Made by a program: the position numbers and the translations under genes. This document shows positions 16,926 through 25,207 of a stretch of 31,680 nucleotides of DNA, piece after piece (the stretch's first letter is position 1; every line of letters starts with the position of its first letter). The notes beneath the pieces are model-generated. The model was not told the DNA's origin and did not search any database. It worked only from the letters and a program-made list of their open reading frames with translations. The stretch is from an uncultured virus (IMG/VR IMGVR_UViG_3300031772_000008) (Duplodnaviria > Heunggongvirae > Uroviricota > Caudoviricetes). The stretch is from the IMG/VR virus record IMGVR_UViG_3300031772_000008. One strand, given 5' to 3'.

Positions 16926-17825
16926 TCACAGTATCTCAAGTGTCCTTATCACAAACTTGCACCAGTGCCCATAACTTAAAAAGTCATCATAGGTTATCTT
17001 TGATAACTCGCCCATTTTTAGCAACTTCCCTCTTATTTTATCCAGAATACCTAGGTAGTTCTTTAAGTATAATGTATCTTGCATCCAGAAAGAACATATA
17101 TCCCAATCAATCCAGTTTTGAAATGGTCTGCAATCCATGTCTGAAATATAAAACGGCACAACACCTAACTGCATGGCTTCGTAAAACCTGAATGATTGCG
17201 CACCTTGTCCTCTCGGTGCTAAAGCAATATAAGACTCTAGTATTATTTTTGTGAACTCATCTGTTGGTACACCCGCATGTTCTACTCTACAATTTTCCAT
17301 TCCCTTTAATTCATCACGCATGGACATTCTAATTCCATCTGTCTCTAAATTGCCCATGAAAGATGTTAACCATTTCTTCTCAGGTAACGGAGTAGGGAAC
17401 GGATGAGGTTCAGATAGTAGTGGAATATCAATACCCGTATTGCCTCTTCGACTTGCACAAAACATTACCATATCGTTCCAGTAAATGTCGGGCATCATAA
17501 CTCGTATGTCTGCCTCTGCAATCGTGAATGTTGGCATATCGTAAGATAATATTCGTTCAACCTCTTCAGCTAGTTCATCGACATTCCCACCCCAATTACC
17601 TCCTAAATCTCTATTGACGAAAAAATGACGATTCCAGAATATTGGGACGTATATCCAATCTGCCTTAGATATATCATCCACAAGCATCTCGTCTTGCAAT
17701 ATCCATTCATCGAAGTCTTGTTCTACACCACGATCCCCATTTTGGACTTGATTCTGTGGAGGCCACACGAATTCTTGATGTGTGGGTCTAAATTTATCCT
17801 CAACTGGCATTCGGTATATTTTCAT
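16926..17825 (-). CDS. Exostosin-family (GT47) glycosyltransferase
   Basis: ADWIYVPIFW, SFMG, and ALAPRGQGAQSFRFYEAMQLGVVPFYISD..PF..WIDW GT47 signature; start at 17825 (MKIY) preferred. Confidence 0.85.
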   Translation of the reverse strand: MKIYRMPVEDKFRPTHQEFVWPPQNQVQNGDRGVEQDFDEWILQDEMLVDDISKADWIYVPIFWNRHFFVNRDLGGNWGGNVDELAEEVERILSYDMPTFTIAEADIRVMMPDIYWNDMVMFCASRRGNTGIDIPLLSEPHPFPTPLPEKKWLTSFMGNLETDGIRMSMRDELKGMENCRVEHAGVPTDEFTKIILESYIALAPRGQGAQSFRFYEAMQLGVVPFYISDMDCRPFQNWIDWDICSFWMQDTLYLKNYLGILDKIRGKLLKMGELSKITYDDFLSYGHWCKFVIRTLEIL

Positions 17826-18351
17826 TCTCGACCTTTCTGTATACAATGAGAGTTCCTCTGCGAGCAACAAATTCCAACTTAAGCACTTTGACCACATCAT
17901 CAACTGCCCTCTTTACATTCTCTAACATGGGAGATTCGTAATCATGGAACGCCATGATACCATTAGGCTTTAATGTTTCATACCACACTAAAGCATCTTC
18001 GGTACATTCTTCGTACCTGTGTCCACCATCAATGAATACGAAATCAACATCTTCTCGTTCCCAATTAACACCGAATATTCTTGAGTCTTGTTTGAAGAAC
18101 CAATAGCGATCTGTATTACAGTATCCAGTCTCTTTCATAACCATCTCTTCATAAGGACAGTCATCAATGTCTACACTTATAACTACAGAATCTTGTCTCG
18201 CTTCAAGCATAGAGAGAGCAGATGTACCCATCCCTGCACCTATATTAATACATAACGGACTATCAGGAAGTTCTTTGACTATCTTCTTGATTAACTCTAC
18301 ATCACTTACTTGACAGTAATATTCTATTCCTGTATTTTCAATGGCTTTCAT
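17800..18351 (-). CDS. Class I SAM-dependent methyltransferase (Methyltransf_24-like)
   Basis: NIGAGMGTS, FVFIDGGHRYE, LKPNGIMAFHDY. Confidence 0.85.
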   Translation of the reverse strand: MKAIENTGIEYYCQVSDVELIKKIVKELPDSPLCINIGAGMGTSALSMLEARQDSVVISVDIDDCPYEEMVMKETGYCNTDRYWFFKQDSRIFGVNWEREDVDFVFIDGGHRYEECTEDALVWYETLKPNGIMAFHDYESPMLENVKRAVDDVVKVLKLEFVARRGTLIVYRKVENENIPNAS

Positions 18352-18658
18352 CGATTAATTCCTCTATAGACCAGTATACTTTAATCTTTCTAAGCAACGC
18401 AATAGTCACTTCATTCTCTGCCCCAGAACTTTCCCCTGGTAAACGTAGTAAACAATCGCACTTTTTGAGCCACGCTAAATCAAGATCATACCAGAATTTA
18501 ATATCGTGTGGATGTATCAAATGCCAGAATAAAGTTAGATGTGGAACGTATGGATAGTATCCATGAGTAGCTAATTCATCTGCGGCATGTATAACATTGG
18601 CAGTATTCACAACAGGGTCATCGTGCGTATAAGGTCCTGCTATGTAAACGTATTTCAT
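18338..18658 (-). CDS. DUF4406 / nucleoside deoxyribosyltransferase-like protein
   Basis: VYIAGPYT, PYVPH, WLKKCDCLLRLPGESSGAENE motifs. Confidence 0.75.
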   Translation of the reverse strand: MKYVYIAGPYTHDDPVVNTANVIHAADELATHGYYPYVPHLTLFWHLIHPHDIKFWYDLDLAWLKKCDCLLRLPGESSGAENEVTIALLRKIKVYWSIEELIDESH

Positions 18659-19740
18659 GCTACCCTCTCAACGCTCGTGATAAATGCAGGCCAATCTATT
18701 CTCTTCCCCCACCTTCCAGTAGCTATTAATTTTTCTACTGCTTCTTCTGTCCCCATTGAATAATCGTCTAAATCTCGTATAGCTAATATACCTTTGTACA
18801 CAATATGCTTTTCCCACATCAATAAATCCTCTACCAATCTACCTTTGTTTCCTAGGTCGTGGATAAGCATCGCAATAGGTTCTTTCCAAGTTAAAGTTAA
18901 CTCTCTGCACTCACCCTTACATAACTCTGGACTCGCGTTGGATTTAATCATATTCTCGTGCCAAATCAATTCATCCTCAGGTACATAAGGTTCGCCTATC
19001 CATCCATAACGTACTGTATAGCTGTCTATCGCAATGACTTTATTCTTTTTCCCATCTTGAGCGCCATACCATAAGGGTACTGTCCCAAAACCATGATACG
19101 ACCCAAGTTCTACTATCACCCCTCTTGGGGGAGCCATTAACGCAAGCTCATAGAACGCAGTTGCTTTACGCCTGTTGTATACTGAAAGTCCTCTTTGATC
19201 GTTGTTTTGAATGAACTCGAAAGCCTTCTCAAGTCCAGGTCTTGGTTCAATTATCTTTTTAGCATCCATAATTAAACTCGTGTAGTGAGGTTTCCCATCT
19301 TGATTCCTTGGGTCGCTTGATAGACATCTCTCTATATTTCCGTCTATCTCGTTCCATGCCCTTGCGTTAAACTTTCCGTTCTCATCGAACCACTCTAAAA
19401 GATTAACAATAAACCCTGCCTGCGCTAATAGATCACTCAATACATGATAGTTGTATAAAATCTTATGCTCCATATTTGGAGGACTTACATAGGCAATATA
19501 TTCAGGGTCAGGGTGATACCCGTCTGGGGTTGAAACCCTTATATATCCATCAGGATTGATGTGCTTATAACAGTTCTTAAAAGCTGGTAGTATTTTATCT
19601 TTAGGGATATGTTCTACAACATCTTCCAAAAGCATCGCATCTAACTCACCTTCAAAGTCAAGGGTAATATCTATTTGATTTTCTTCTGTAGAAACCCACC
19701 CCTCTTGAGTCTTTCCTCCAGCACCTATGATTATTTTCAT
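18655..19740 (-). CDS. Two-domain SAM-dependent methyltransferase
   Basis: N-domain IIIGAG..EDVVEHI..INPDGYIRVSTPD; C-domain VELGSYHG..AIDSY..GILAIRD. Confidence 0.8.
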   Translation of the reverse strand: MKIIIGAGGKTQEGWVSTEENQIDITLDFEGELDAMLLEDVVEHIPKDKILPAFKNCYKHINPDGYIRVSTPDGYHPDPEYIAYVSPPNMEHKILYNYHVLSDLLAQAGFIVNLLEWFDENGKFNARAWNEIDGNIERCLSSDPRNQDGKPHYTSLIMDAKKIIEPRPGLEKAFEFIQNNDQRGLSVYNRRKATAFYELALMAPPRGVIVELGSYHGFGTVPLWYGAQDGKKNKVIAIDSYTVRYGWIGEPYVPEDELIWHENMIKSNASPELCKGECRELTLTWKEPIAMLIHDLGNKGRLVEDLLMWEKHIVYKGILAIRDLDDYSMGTEEAVEKLIATGRWGKRIDWPAFITSVERVA

Positions 19741-20306
19741 GCGTCCTCGTTTTCAAATTCGACTCTATCGGTTTCTGATTCAGGTAATCTTATCCAAATT
19801 GCAGTTTTCCATCCTTCATCGCCCCATTCCATACCATCCCACGTATCCATCAGTTTGACCGCATTGGCGTACTCAACTCTCTCGCTATTATCCAAGCAAA
19901 GCATACCACCGATCTTTACTTTACTCCTTGAGTTACCTAAACACCTACATCGATTTCTCCCGTCTATTAACACAAGGTCGAATGATTCGTCTGGAAATTC
20001 CAAAATATAATCTGCGTAGTCTTGGATGTTTTTATACTCCCAATGACGTAAATCTGCTTTCAGCTTTTCAACTGCGAGTCGACCATATATATTTAACTTC
20101 CAACTCAAATCTAACTCGCATGAAATAACTTCACATCCTAATTTAGCAAGCCATATTGTACTTGCCCCCGTACCCCACTCAAACACATTCGGTTTATTGA
20201 ATAACATGCTCTCGATATAACGTGCAGAACCAGGTCTCAACCAGGGTTGATATTCCTCCATCGCCGTATCCGCTAATATAAAACCGCCATGTCCCATGTA
20301 TTTCAT
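19737..20306 (-). CDS. Class I SAM-dependent methyltransferase
   Basis: PWL, VFEWGTGASTIW, FDLVLIDGRNR, GGMLCLDNSER. Confidence 0.85.
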   Translation of the reverse strand: MKYMGHGGFILADTAMEEYQPWLRPGSARYIESMLFNKPNVFEWGTGASTIWLAKLGCEVISCELDLSWKLNIYGRLAVEKLKADLRHWEYKNIQDYADYILEFPDESFDLVLIDGRNRCRCLGNSRSKVKIGGMLCLDNSERVEYANAVKLMDTWDGMEWGDEGWKTAIWIRLPESETDRVEFENEDA

Positions 20307-21343
20307 TTCATCTTCTCCATACTTTTCCAGTCTGTATCATCATGTAACAACCAGGGATAACCTTCCCTGACTATCACAGAGCCATGCTTATGAGCACGTT
20401 TGGTATTATGCCTTTGTCCACAATACGCAAGCCTATACTCGTCTACCGTATGCCCTGCGTGAATAGCATAAAAATCACCGCTTATATCCCATGTGAAATC
20501 CAATAAATGACTATGCCCCATGATTACAGAACAATGATACTTAGCGGAAAGATTCTGCGCTGTCCCCTCCGCTGCACCTTTGGGATGTTCTATCATAAAT
20601 CTTTTTTCACCGGACATAAGTATTGAATAATAAAAGGGTGCTATCCTCCATGATTGGACATCAAGCAATCTAGTTATCTCAGTTGGAAACATAGGACTAT
20701 GCAATTGTCTCATCAATCTAGATTCGTGATTCCCCATTATACAATCAACATTATCAAAACATTCTGTCAATGATTTTACTGCCTTACGTGCAACCTTTAA
20801 TTCCTCACTTACATTAGGGTCTCCATCTTCTGGCTTGACTCCTATCTTATCTAATAAAGCGAATCCCTGTTCTTGCTGTCTTGATCCTAGTGTCTTCACG
20901 AAATTAATGAAATCATATTCTTGTTTTTCGTCTAACCCCCCATGTCCGTTAGGAATTTGCCAATTAGGAGACCAATCGCTTAGACTATCGAAATGCAGTA
21001 AGTCTCCAGCTATAATACATTGTTTTATCCCCCACGTTTGAGATAAATCCAGGACTCTATTGATAAAATCCGCATGATGAAAAGGAAACTCTGGGTCAGG
21101 TAATACTAACGCATCGCCTTCCATTTCAAGAGGTGTATCGAAACGAGGATACGGTGAAGATTGTATTCTTTTCTCTAAACGCATACCATGTACCCGCCAA
21201 TGACTTCTACACGCCTCCTCCTTTTTGCCCATTTCTTTCCCAATAATACTCCATTTATAGTTAGCGTCTTGGTAATGAGAATAAAGTTTGCATAACTTTT
21301 CCTCTTCTTCTGGACTCCATTCTGTAACTTTGGCTCTACTCAT
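20303..21343 (-). CDS. Metallophosphoesterase (calcineurin-like) with N-terminal Myb/HTH-like domain
   Basis: WSPEEEEKL..WSIIGKEMGK..CRSHW Myb-like start; LPDPEFP, AGDLLHFD, GNHE, MGHSH motifs. Confidence 0.8.
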   Translation of the reverse strand: MSRAKVTEWSPEEEEKLCKLYSHYQDANYKWSIIGKEMGKKEEACRSHWRVHGMRLEKRIQSSPYPRFDTPLEMEGDALVLPDPEFPFHHADFINRVLDLSQTWGIKQCIIAGDLLHFDSLSDWSPNWQIPNGHGGLDEKQEYDFINFVKTLGSRQQEQGFALLDKIGVKPEDGDPNVSEELKVARKAVKSLTECFDNVDCIMGNHESRLMRQLHSPMFPTEITRLLDVQSWRIAPFYYSILMSGEKRFMIEHPKGAAEGTAQNLSAKYHCSVIMGHSHLLDFTWDISGDFYAIHAGHTVDEYRLAYCGQRHNTKRAHKHGSVIVREGYPWLLHDDTDWKSMEKMK

Positions 21344-22026
21344 TCTTCCTCCATAACAGCGTCTATTATTTCTGTTTCCTTAATAGCACCGCTGTCTTTA
21401 CCAGCTTGAGCAATTGCTTCTAATAGAACTTGTACGGTCTTTTCTTTTACCGCATCTATCGTACTTTCATCCATACCAGCGTTTATAGCTTCTGTCCTCC
21501 AATCTATTTGAATCTTCTTGGCTTCGAACAATCCGAATATATCACAGCGCATTTTTATTGCACGTTCGATCATTTCAAGGTAACGTATATCCCCAACTGT
21601 CGCTTCAATAATCTTGTGCTTTTTCTTTCTTTGAATATCTGCTATCTTATCCATTGAAAAAGGTACTTGGTCATCTGTAACTTCATACTCTATTCTTACG
21701 TGTTTGTCTTTAGATTTCTCCCAAGCGTTCCATGCTTCTCTTTCTACTTCATCCAGTCTTGCAAGTTCTTTCGATTTCGCAGCGTTAAAATCAACAAGCG
21801 TGGAATTTAACCACGCCTGTCTTATGGATTGTAAATCTGTATTAATTACTTTACTAGATAGTGGTCTGTCAGGATACATAGAATTAAGAGAGAGTCTCAT
21901 CTCTTGCTGACTCTTTCCTCTTACATACATACGAGCTATGATAACTAAGTCCCGCTCGCGTTCTTCATCTGTCCTAAATAATGCAATACTATCTGTCGTG
22001 TCCAGAGGTATTAGTTTGTCATTCAT
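21340..22026 (-). CDS. terS: Terminase small subunit (probable)
   Basis: HTH-like IARMYVRGKSQQEM..INTDL, ELARLDEVEREAWNAW and GDIRYL..RCDIFGL pattern of a TerS-like family; heads the run of genes leading to terL. Confidence 0.6.
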   Translation of the reverse strand: MNDKLIPLDTTDSIALFRTDEERERDLVIIARMYVRGKSQQEMRLSLNSMYPDRPLSSKVINTDLQSIRQAWLNSTLVDFNAAKSKELARLDEVEREAWNAWEKSKDKHVRIEYEVTDDQVPFSMDKIADIQRKKKHKIIEATVGDIRYLEMIERAIKMRCDIFGLFEAKKIQIDWRTEAINAGMDESTIDAVKEKTVQVLLEAIAQAGKDSGAIKETEIIDAVMEEE

Positions 22027-22038
22027 TGTTTGATTATA

Positions 22039-22590
22039 CTATCGTTTGTTACAATCGTTTTTCCAGTTTCTTAAGTGCTTCATAGGCGTACGATGTACGA
22101 ATTCATACCCATATTGCGGAGGATTTTTATCTTCCCAACCACAATAGGGACATCCTCTTCCCTCTAGTGGCTGATGACAAACGGTGCAATATCCATTAGC
22201 ACCATAAAACTCTATCCTCATTAATTCGGACAGGATATCCTCATTCTGTTTGCGGAGGGCATCGTTCTCGTTACTCAATTCTAAAATCTTGCGAGACTCG
22301 GAGCATTTACAATGAATACAACCATTGTCGCCATGCCCATTTATGTGATGACCACACATACAAATAATGTCAGTCATTTCTACTCCTTCCAGACATTCCT
22401 CAATCAACAAATCTGTACTTTGTCCATGACCAGATTGAAGTGAATAATATTTCTTTCCATTTCTGATAAATATTTCTCTCTCGTCAATCGCGATGGTATA
22501 TATCTTGGCTTCAGGATCATCGGGTTTGTCATCAATAGAATATGGCCATGTATGGGAAACCCAATAACGTACAGTAATATTCTTAGTCAT
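22039..22590 (-). CDS. Hypothetical protein with Cys/His zinc-binding motifs; probably two fused units (second start at 22377)
   Basis: CMCGH..H..C..CKC and CTVC..CPYC motifs; internal AAGGAG SD before MTDIIC. Confidence 0.65.
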   Translation of the reverse strand: MTKNITVRYWVSHTWPYSIDDKPDDPEAKIYTIAIDEREIFIRNGKKYYSLQSGHGQSTDLLIEECLEGVEMTDIICMCGHHINGHGDNGCIHCKCSESRKILELSNENDALRKQNEDILSELMRIEFYGANGYCTVCHQPLEGRGCPYCGWEDKNPPQYGYEFVHRTPMKHLRNWKNDCNKR

Positions 22591-22792
22591 TTCTACTCCA
22601 ATCTATGCTTTGAAATCCAGGTTCTTTCCCAATGAATATATAAAGTTTTCCTTCCGTAACTAAAGCAGGACTTCCACGATATGAGGTCATCAAGTGCCCG
22701 TCTAAACCTTCGGCGCGCTTTATGATTTCTTTCACCCCTCTTCCTTTTACACGTTTGTATATTGATCCGCAGAAGTAATAGTTATCTGACAT
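22583..22792 (-). CDS. Hypothetical protein
   Basis: 69-aa ORF overlapping both neighbours. Confidence 0.6.
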   Translation of the reverse strand: MSDNYYFCGSIYKRVKGRGVKEIIKRAEGLDGHLMTSYRGSPALVTEGKLYIFIGKEPGFQSIDWSRND

Positions 22793-22946
22793 TCTTTTTG
22801 ATAACTGGATAGTTGTATGGGATTACTTCAAGAATAAATACAACCAGTAGGAATATAAATATACTGTACCAGTATTCCTTATAGAATATAAACAACCATA
22901 CGGAAGCAATAAACGACAAACGAGCCATTACAGAAACAATTATCAA
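22782..22946 (-). CDS. Small membrane protein (54 aa, TTG start), not in the ORF track
   Basis: GAGGTG SD, TTGA overlap; reads MIIVSVMARLSFIASVWLFIFYKEYWYSIFIFLLVVFILEVIPYNYPVIKKNVR and exactly fills the gap between neighbours. Confidence 0.6.
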   Translation of the reverse strand: MIIVSVMARLSFIASVWLFIFYKEYWYSIFIFLLVVFILEVIPYNYPVIKKNVR

Positions 22947-23251
22947 AATTCCACCTCACTCATCATCTCAGTCCATATCTCCATTTTGCGATGCCCTCTT
23001 TCGTCTGCCCTTATTTGATGTAGAACCATATAAATAGCACGTCGAGTAGCAATACTCGCACCTATGGATGGATTCCATTTGTCTGGATACGTTACTTTGC
23101 TGAAACCATATCCTAAGTATTCTTTATCGTTGAACCAAGCTGTTAATTGAACGAAAGTATATGGTCTGTTCTGACATAAATTAGTTACTACTGCTCTGTC
23201 TTCTAAGGTACTGATTAAAGCCTTACGCGAAAGTATTGGTTCGCCCTTCAT
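22943..23251 (-). CDS. Hypothetical protein
   Basis: TAAGGAG SD before ATG at 23251 (MKGEP); GFSKV.YPDKWN..IG..IA..RA motif. Confidence 0.7.
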   Translation of the reverse strand: MKGEPILSRKALISTLEDRAVVTNLCQNRPYTFVQLTAWFNDKEYLGYGFSKVTYPDKWNPSIGASIATRRAIYMVLHQIRADERGHRKMEIWTEMMSEVEF

Positions 23252-23261
23252 TGAGGTCTCC

Positions 23262-23525
23262 TTATAATTCCCGTTCTTGGTAGTCATCATGTGGGCGTAC
23301 ATAATCAGCGTTCTCAGCCCACTTTTCTAGTTGATCGTCATCGAATATTTCTTCGGGTGAGTAGTTTTCTTTCACCCAGTCCCTTAAATCTCCATCCTTG
23401 TATACTTCATCGGGGCGGAAGTTTTCCTCAACCCATGTTACGATAATACCCGCGTCTATGTTAGCCATCTCCATAAACATTTTTGCAAATGATACGTCCT
23501 CAGCGGATGTTGTTGGTCGGTACAT
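23262..23525 (-). CDS. Acidic hypothetical protein with 19-aa internal repeats
   Basis: AAGGAG SD; WVEENFRPDEVY / WVKENYSPEEIF / WAENADY repeats. Confidence 0.7.
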   Translation of the reverse strand: MYRPTTSAEDVSFAKMFMEMANIDAGIIVTWVEENFRPDEVYKDGDLRDWVKENYSPEEIFDDDQLEKWAENADYVRPHDDYQEREL

Positions 23526-23544
23526 TATAGTCTCCTTTTCTTTT

Positions 23545-24219
23545 TTACTCTAATCCCAGCATCTCAATTAAGTGCTTCGATTGAGCAGCCGCATCCCATG
23601 CCGCACCCCATGCCGCAGCCCTTGCCGCATCCCATGCCGCACCCCATGCCGCACCCCATGCCGCAGCCCTTGCCGCATCCCATGCCGCACCCCATGCCGC
23701 AGCCCTTGCCGCATCCCATGCCGCACCCCATGCCGTAGCCCTTGCCGCATCCCATGCCGCACCCCATGCCGCATCCCATGCCGCAGCCCTTGCCGCAGCC
23801 AACTCGTCATCAGTTGCAAGTCCATTGGCATATTTCTCAGCCACAACAACAGCGTTACGGCTTCGTTCATCAGTCAATAAGTGCCATATCTGACGAACAC
23901 ACCAGCAAGCGAACAGTCTCAGGTTCTTATCGTTCCATGTCTCGACCTGGCGCAATAACCTTACCTGTCTGCAAGCAACCTTATCATCCCCGACCAATAT
24001 CTTCCCCTTCGTTTCAGCCTCAAATAACTGATTTCCTTGACACCAAGTTAGTAAGTGAGCTGCATACGTCAGATGGTAGCCTTTGTTGCACAACACCAAC
24101 TTGCCCGCTATCTTTGGTGTCCATAGACCAGGTTGACCATCTTTAGGTAGGTATGGTGTCCAATCCATATCACTACCTACGCACGAATGATTGTTGTCTA
24201 GTACCTTGTAATATTTCAT
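23545..24219 (-). CDS. Phage Ala/Trp-repeat protein (AAWD/AAWG/AARA)
   Basis: AAGGAG SD before ATG at 24219; LCNKGYH, LRLFACWCVRQ and DERSRNAVVVAEKYANG..ELAAAR followed by tetrapeptide repeats. Confidence 0.8.
   Translation of the reverse strand: MKYYKVLDNNHSCVGSDMDWTPYLPKDGQPGLWTPKIAGKLVLCNKGYHLTYAAHLLTWCQGNQLFEAETKGKILVGDDKVACRQVRLLRQVETWNDKNLRLFACWCVRQIWHLLTDERSRNAVVVAEKYANGLATDDELAAARAAAWDAAWGAAWDAARATAWGAAWDAARAAAWGAAWDAARAAAWGAAWGAAWDAARAAAWGAAWDAAAQSKHLIEMLGLE
23588..23800. repeat. Tandem array of 17 full 12-bp units plus a partial unit
   Basis: Units GCCGCATCCCAT, GCCGCACCCCAT and GCCGCAGCCCTT (one GCCGTAGCCCTT variant), 23588-23791. Confidence 0.95.
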
Positions 24220-24229
24220 ATAGTCTCCT

Positions 24230-24259
24230 TGGGGCGGCTTAGTCGCCATCGCCGCCCCA
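24230..24259. other. GC-rich 9-bp hairpin abutting the SD of the repeat-protein gene
   Basis: TGGGGCGGC-12nt-GCCGCCCCA; no T tract on the minus strand. Confidence 0.7.
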
Positions 24260-24277
24260 GCATCGGATCATTTTATA

Positions 24278-24856
24278 CTAGGCGACTTTCTCCAATTTGG
24301 TCACTTTATCAGGCTTCCCGTCAGCCTTCCTGATAAAAGTGGCTTTGTAACCCTTGAGGTCGTACTCTTTGCCCTCAAGTTTCCCAACTGGGATGCCGGC
24401 CTGTACTAATACTTCATCCCAGACGGTCACTCCGTATTTCATCCACATTCCACCCTTCACTCTGTAATACTTCTTCCCATTTGTTAAAGTTACTAACAGT
24501 TTCTCGGTATCGTAGAAGTCACTTTGGGTTGAAACAACACCCTCTGATGCTGGAACATTAGCCATCTCAGTTACAATAGCATCAACTAGAGTTGGCACAG
24601 GAAGAGTAGCCGCAGGTGTTTCGTATGCATTCTTTCCTACCTGTTTCGCTAAACCACCCAAAGAATGAATGTGAGCCGTTGCTTCTAATGCAGATTTGAT
24701 ATGGGCTTGGACTTGTTCTAAACTCAGTATCCCTCTGATCGTAGTCTGAAGATTAAAGACTTGAGATTGAGTTTCATAGGTCCAATAAAAATTGGTCGAT
24801 GCCTGTTCAGGGTTATCGATTGTTACGGACTTTACCGTGCTGGTCTTATCGTCCAT
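24278..24856 (-). CDS. Hypothetical protein (192 aa) with a beta-rich basic C-terminal domain
   Basis: AGGAGG SD before ATG at 24856; the track's TTG start at 24910 is actually the -35 box. Confidence 0.75.
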   Translation of the reverse strand: MDDKTSTVKSVTIDNPEQASTNFYWTYETQSQVFNLQTTIRGILSLEQVQAHIKSALEATAHIHSLGGLAKQVGKNAYETPAATLPVPTLVDAIVTEMANVPASEGVVSTQSDFYDTEKLLVTLTNGKKYYRVKGGMWMKYGVTVWDEVLVQAGIPVGKLEGKEYDLKGYKATFIRKADGKPDKVTKLEKVA

Positions 24857-24882
24857 GATTACACCTCCTAGTGTATGGTGCA

Positions 24883-24910
24883 ATTGTACCACAATAGCAA
24901 TAGATGTCAA
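24883..24910 (-). promoter_or_regulatory. Sigma70-type promoter TTGACA-N16-TACAAT with extended TG
   Basis: TGTCAA 24905-24910 and ATTGTA 24883-24888 on the plus strand; leftward promoter at the strand switch. Confidence 0.8.
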
Positions 24911-24930
24911 GTATTCTAATGTTCCTACAC

Positions 24931-24959
24931 TTCCAGTTATTTAATCTATGTGATAGAAT
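24931..24959 (+). promoter_or_regulatory. Rightward promoter TTCCAG-N17-TAGAAT with extended TG
   Basis: TGA-TAGAAT 24951-24959 upstream of the AAGGAG SD and ATG 24980. Confidence 0.55.
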
Positions 24960-24979
24960 TACATTCCCCAAGGAGACAT

Positions 24980-25207
24980 ATGGACCCACAGTTAATCCAA
25001 TCCAGGACTGTTATAATCGCTGACCTGAACAAACTGAACGTAGAGTTATCTATTAAGGCAGCGATTGATTATTACAGGACTCTGTATGGCGAGCCTCGAA
25101 GAGTGTGGATAAATCCAAAAGATTGTGATGATAAAATACAAGAGGTAGATGGGTTCAAAATAGAGAGGCGCGGTGGTTGCTGTCGAGGCAAAGTTATGAT
25201 TCTATGA
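24980..25207 (+). CDS. Hypothetical protein
   Basis: AAGGAG SD before ATG 24980; ATGA overlap with the next gene. Confidence 0.7.
   Translation: MDPQLIQSRTVIIADLNKLNVELSIKAAIDYYRTLYGEPRRVWINPKDCDDKIQEVDGFKIERRGGCCRGKVMIL

Noticed and set aside
3857..20306. Methyltransferases as DNA methylases of a restriction-modification system
   Set aside because: No DPPY/NPPY or PC catalytic motifs; they match small-molecule or glycan O-methyltransferase patterns.
145..21910. Numerous plus-strand ORFs in the track opposite the late genes
   Set aside because: Antisense shadows of motif-bearing minus-strand genes with no recognisable motifs; only 6266-6391 and 6388-6612 were kept.
23588..23800. CRISPR array, or real proteins in the alternative frames (GCGM, RHGM, PCR, PHPM ORFs)
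   Set aside because: Contiguous 12-bp units without spacers; the other frames are open only because the repeat has no stop codons.
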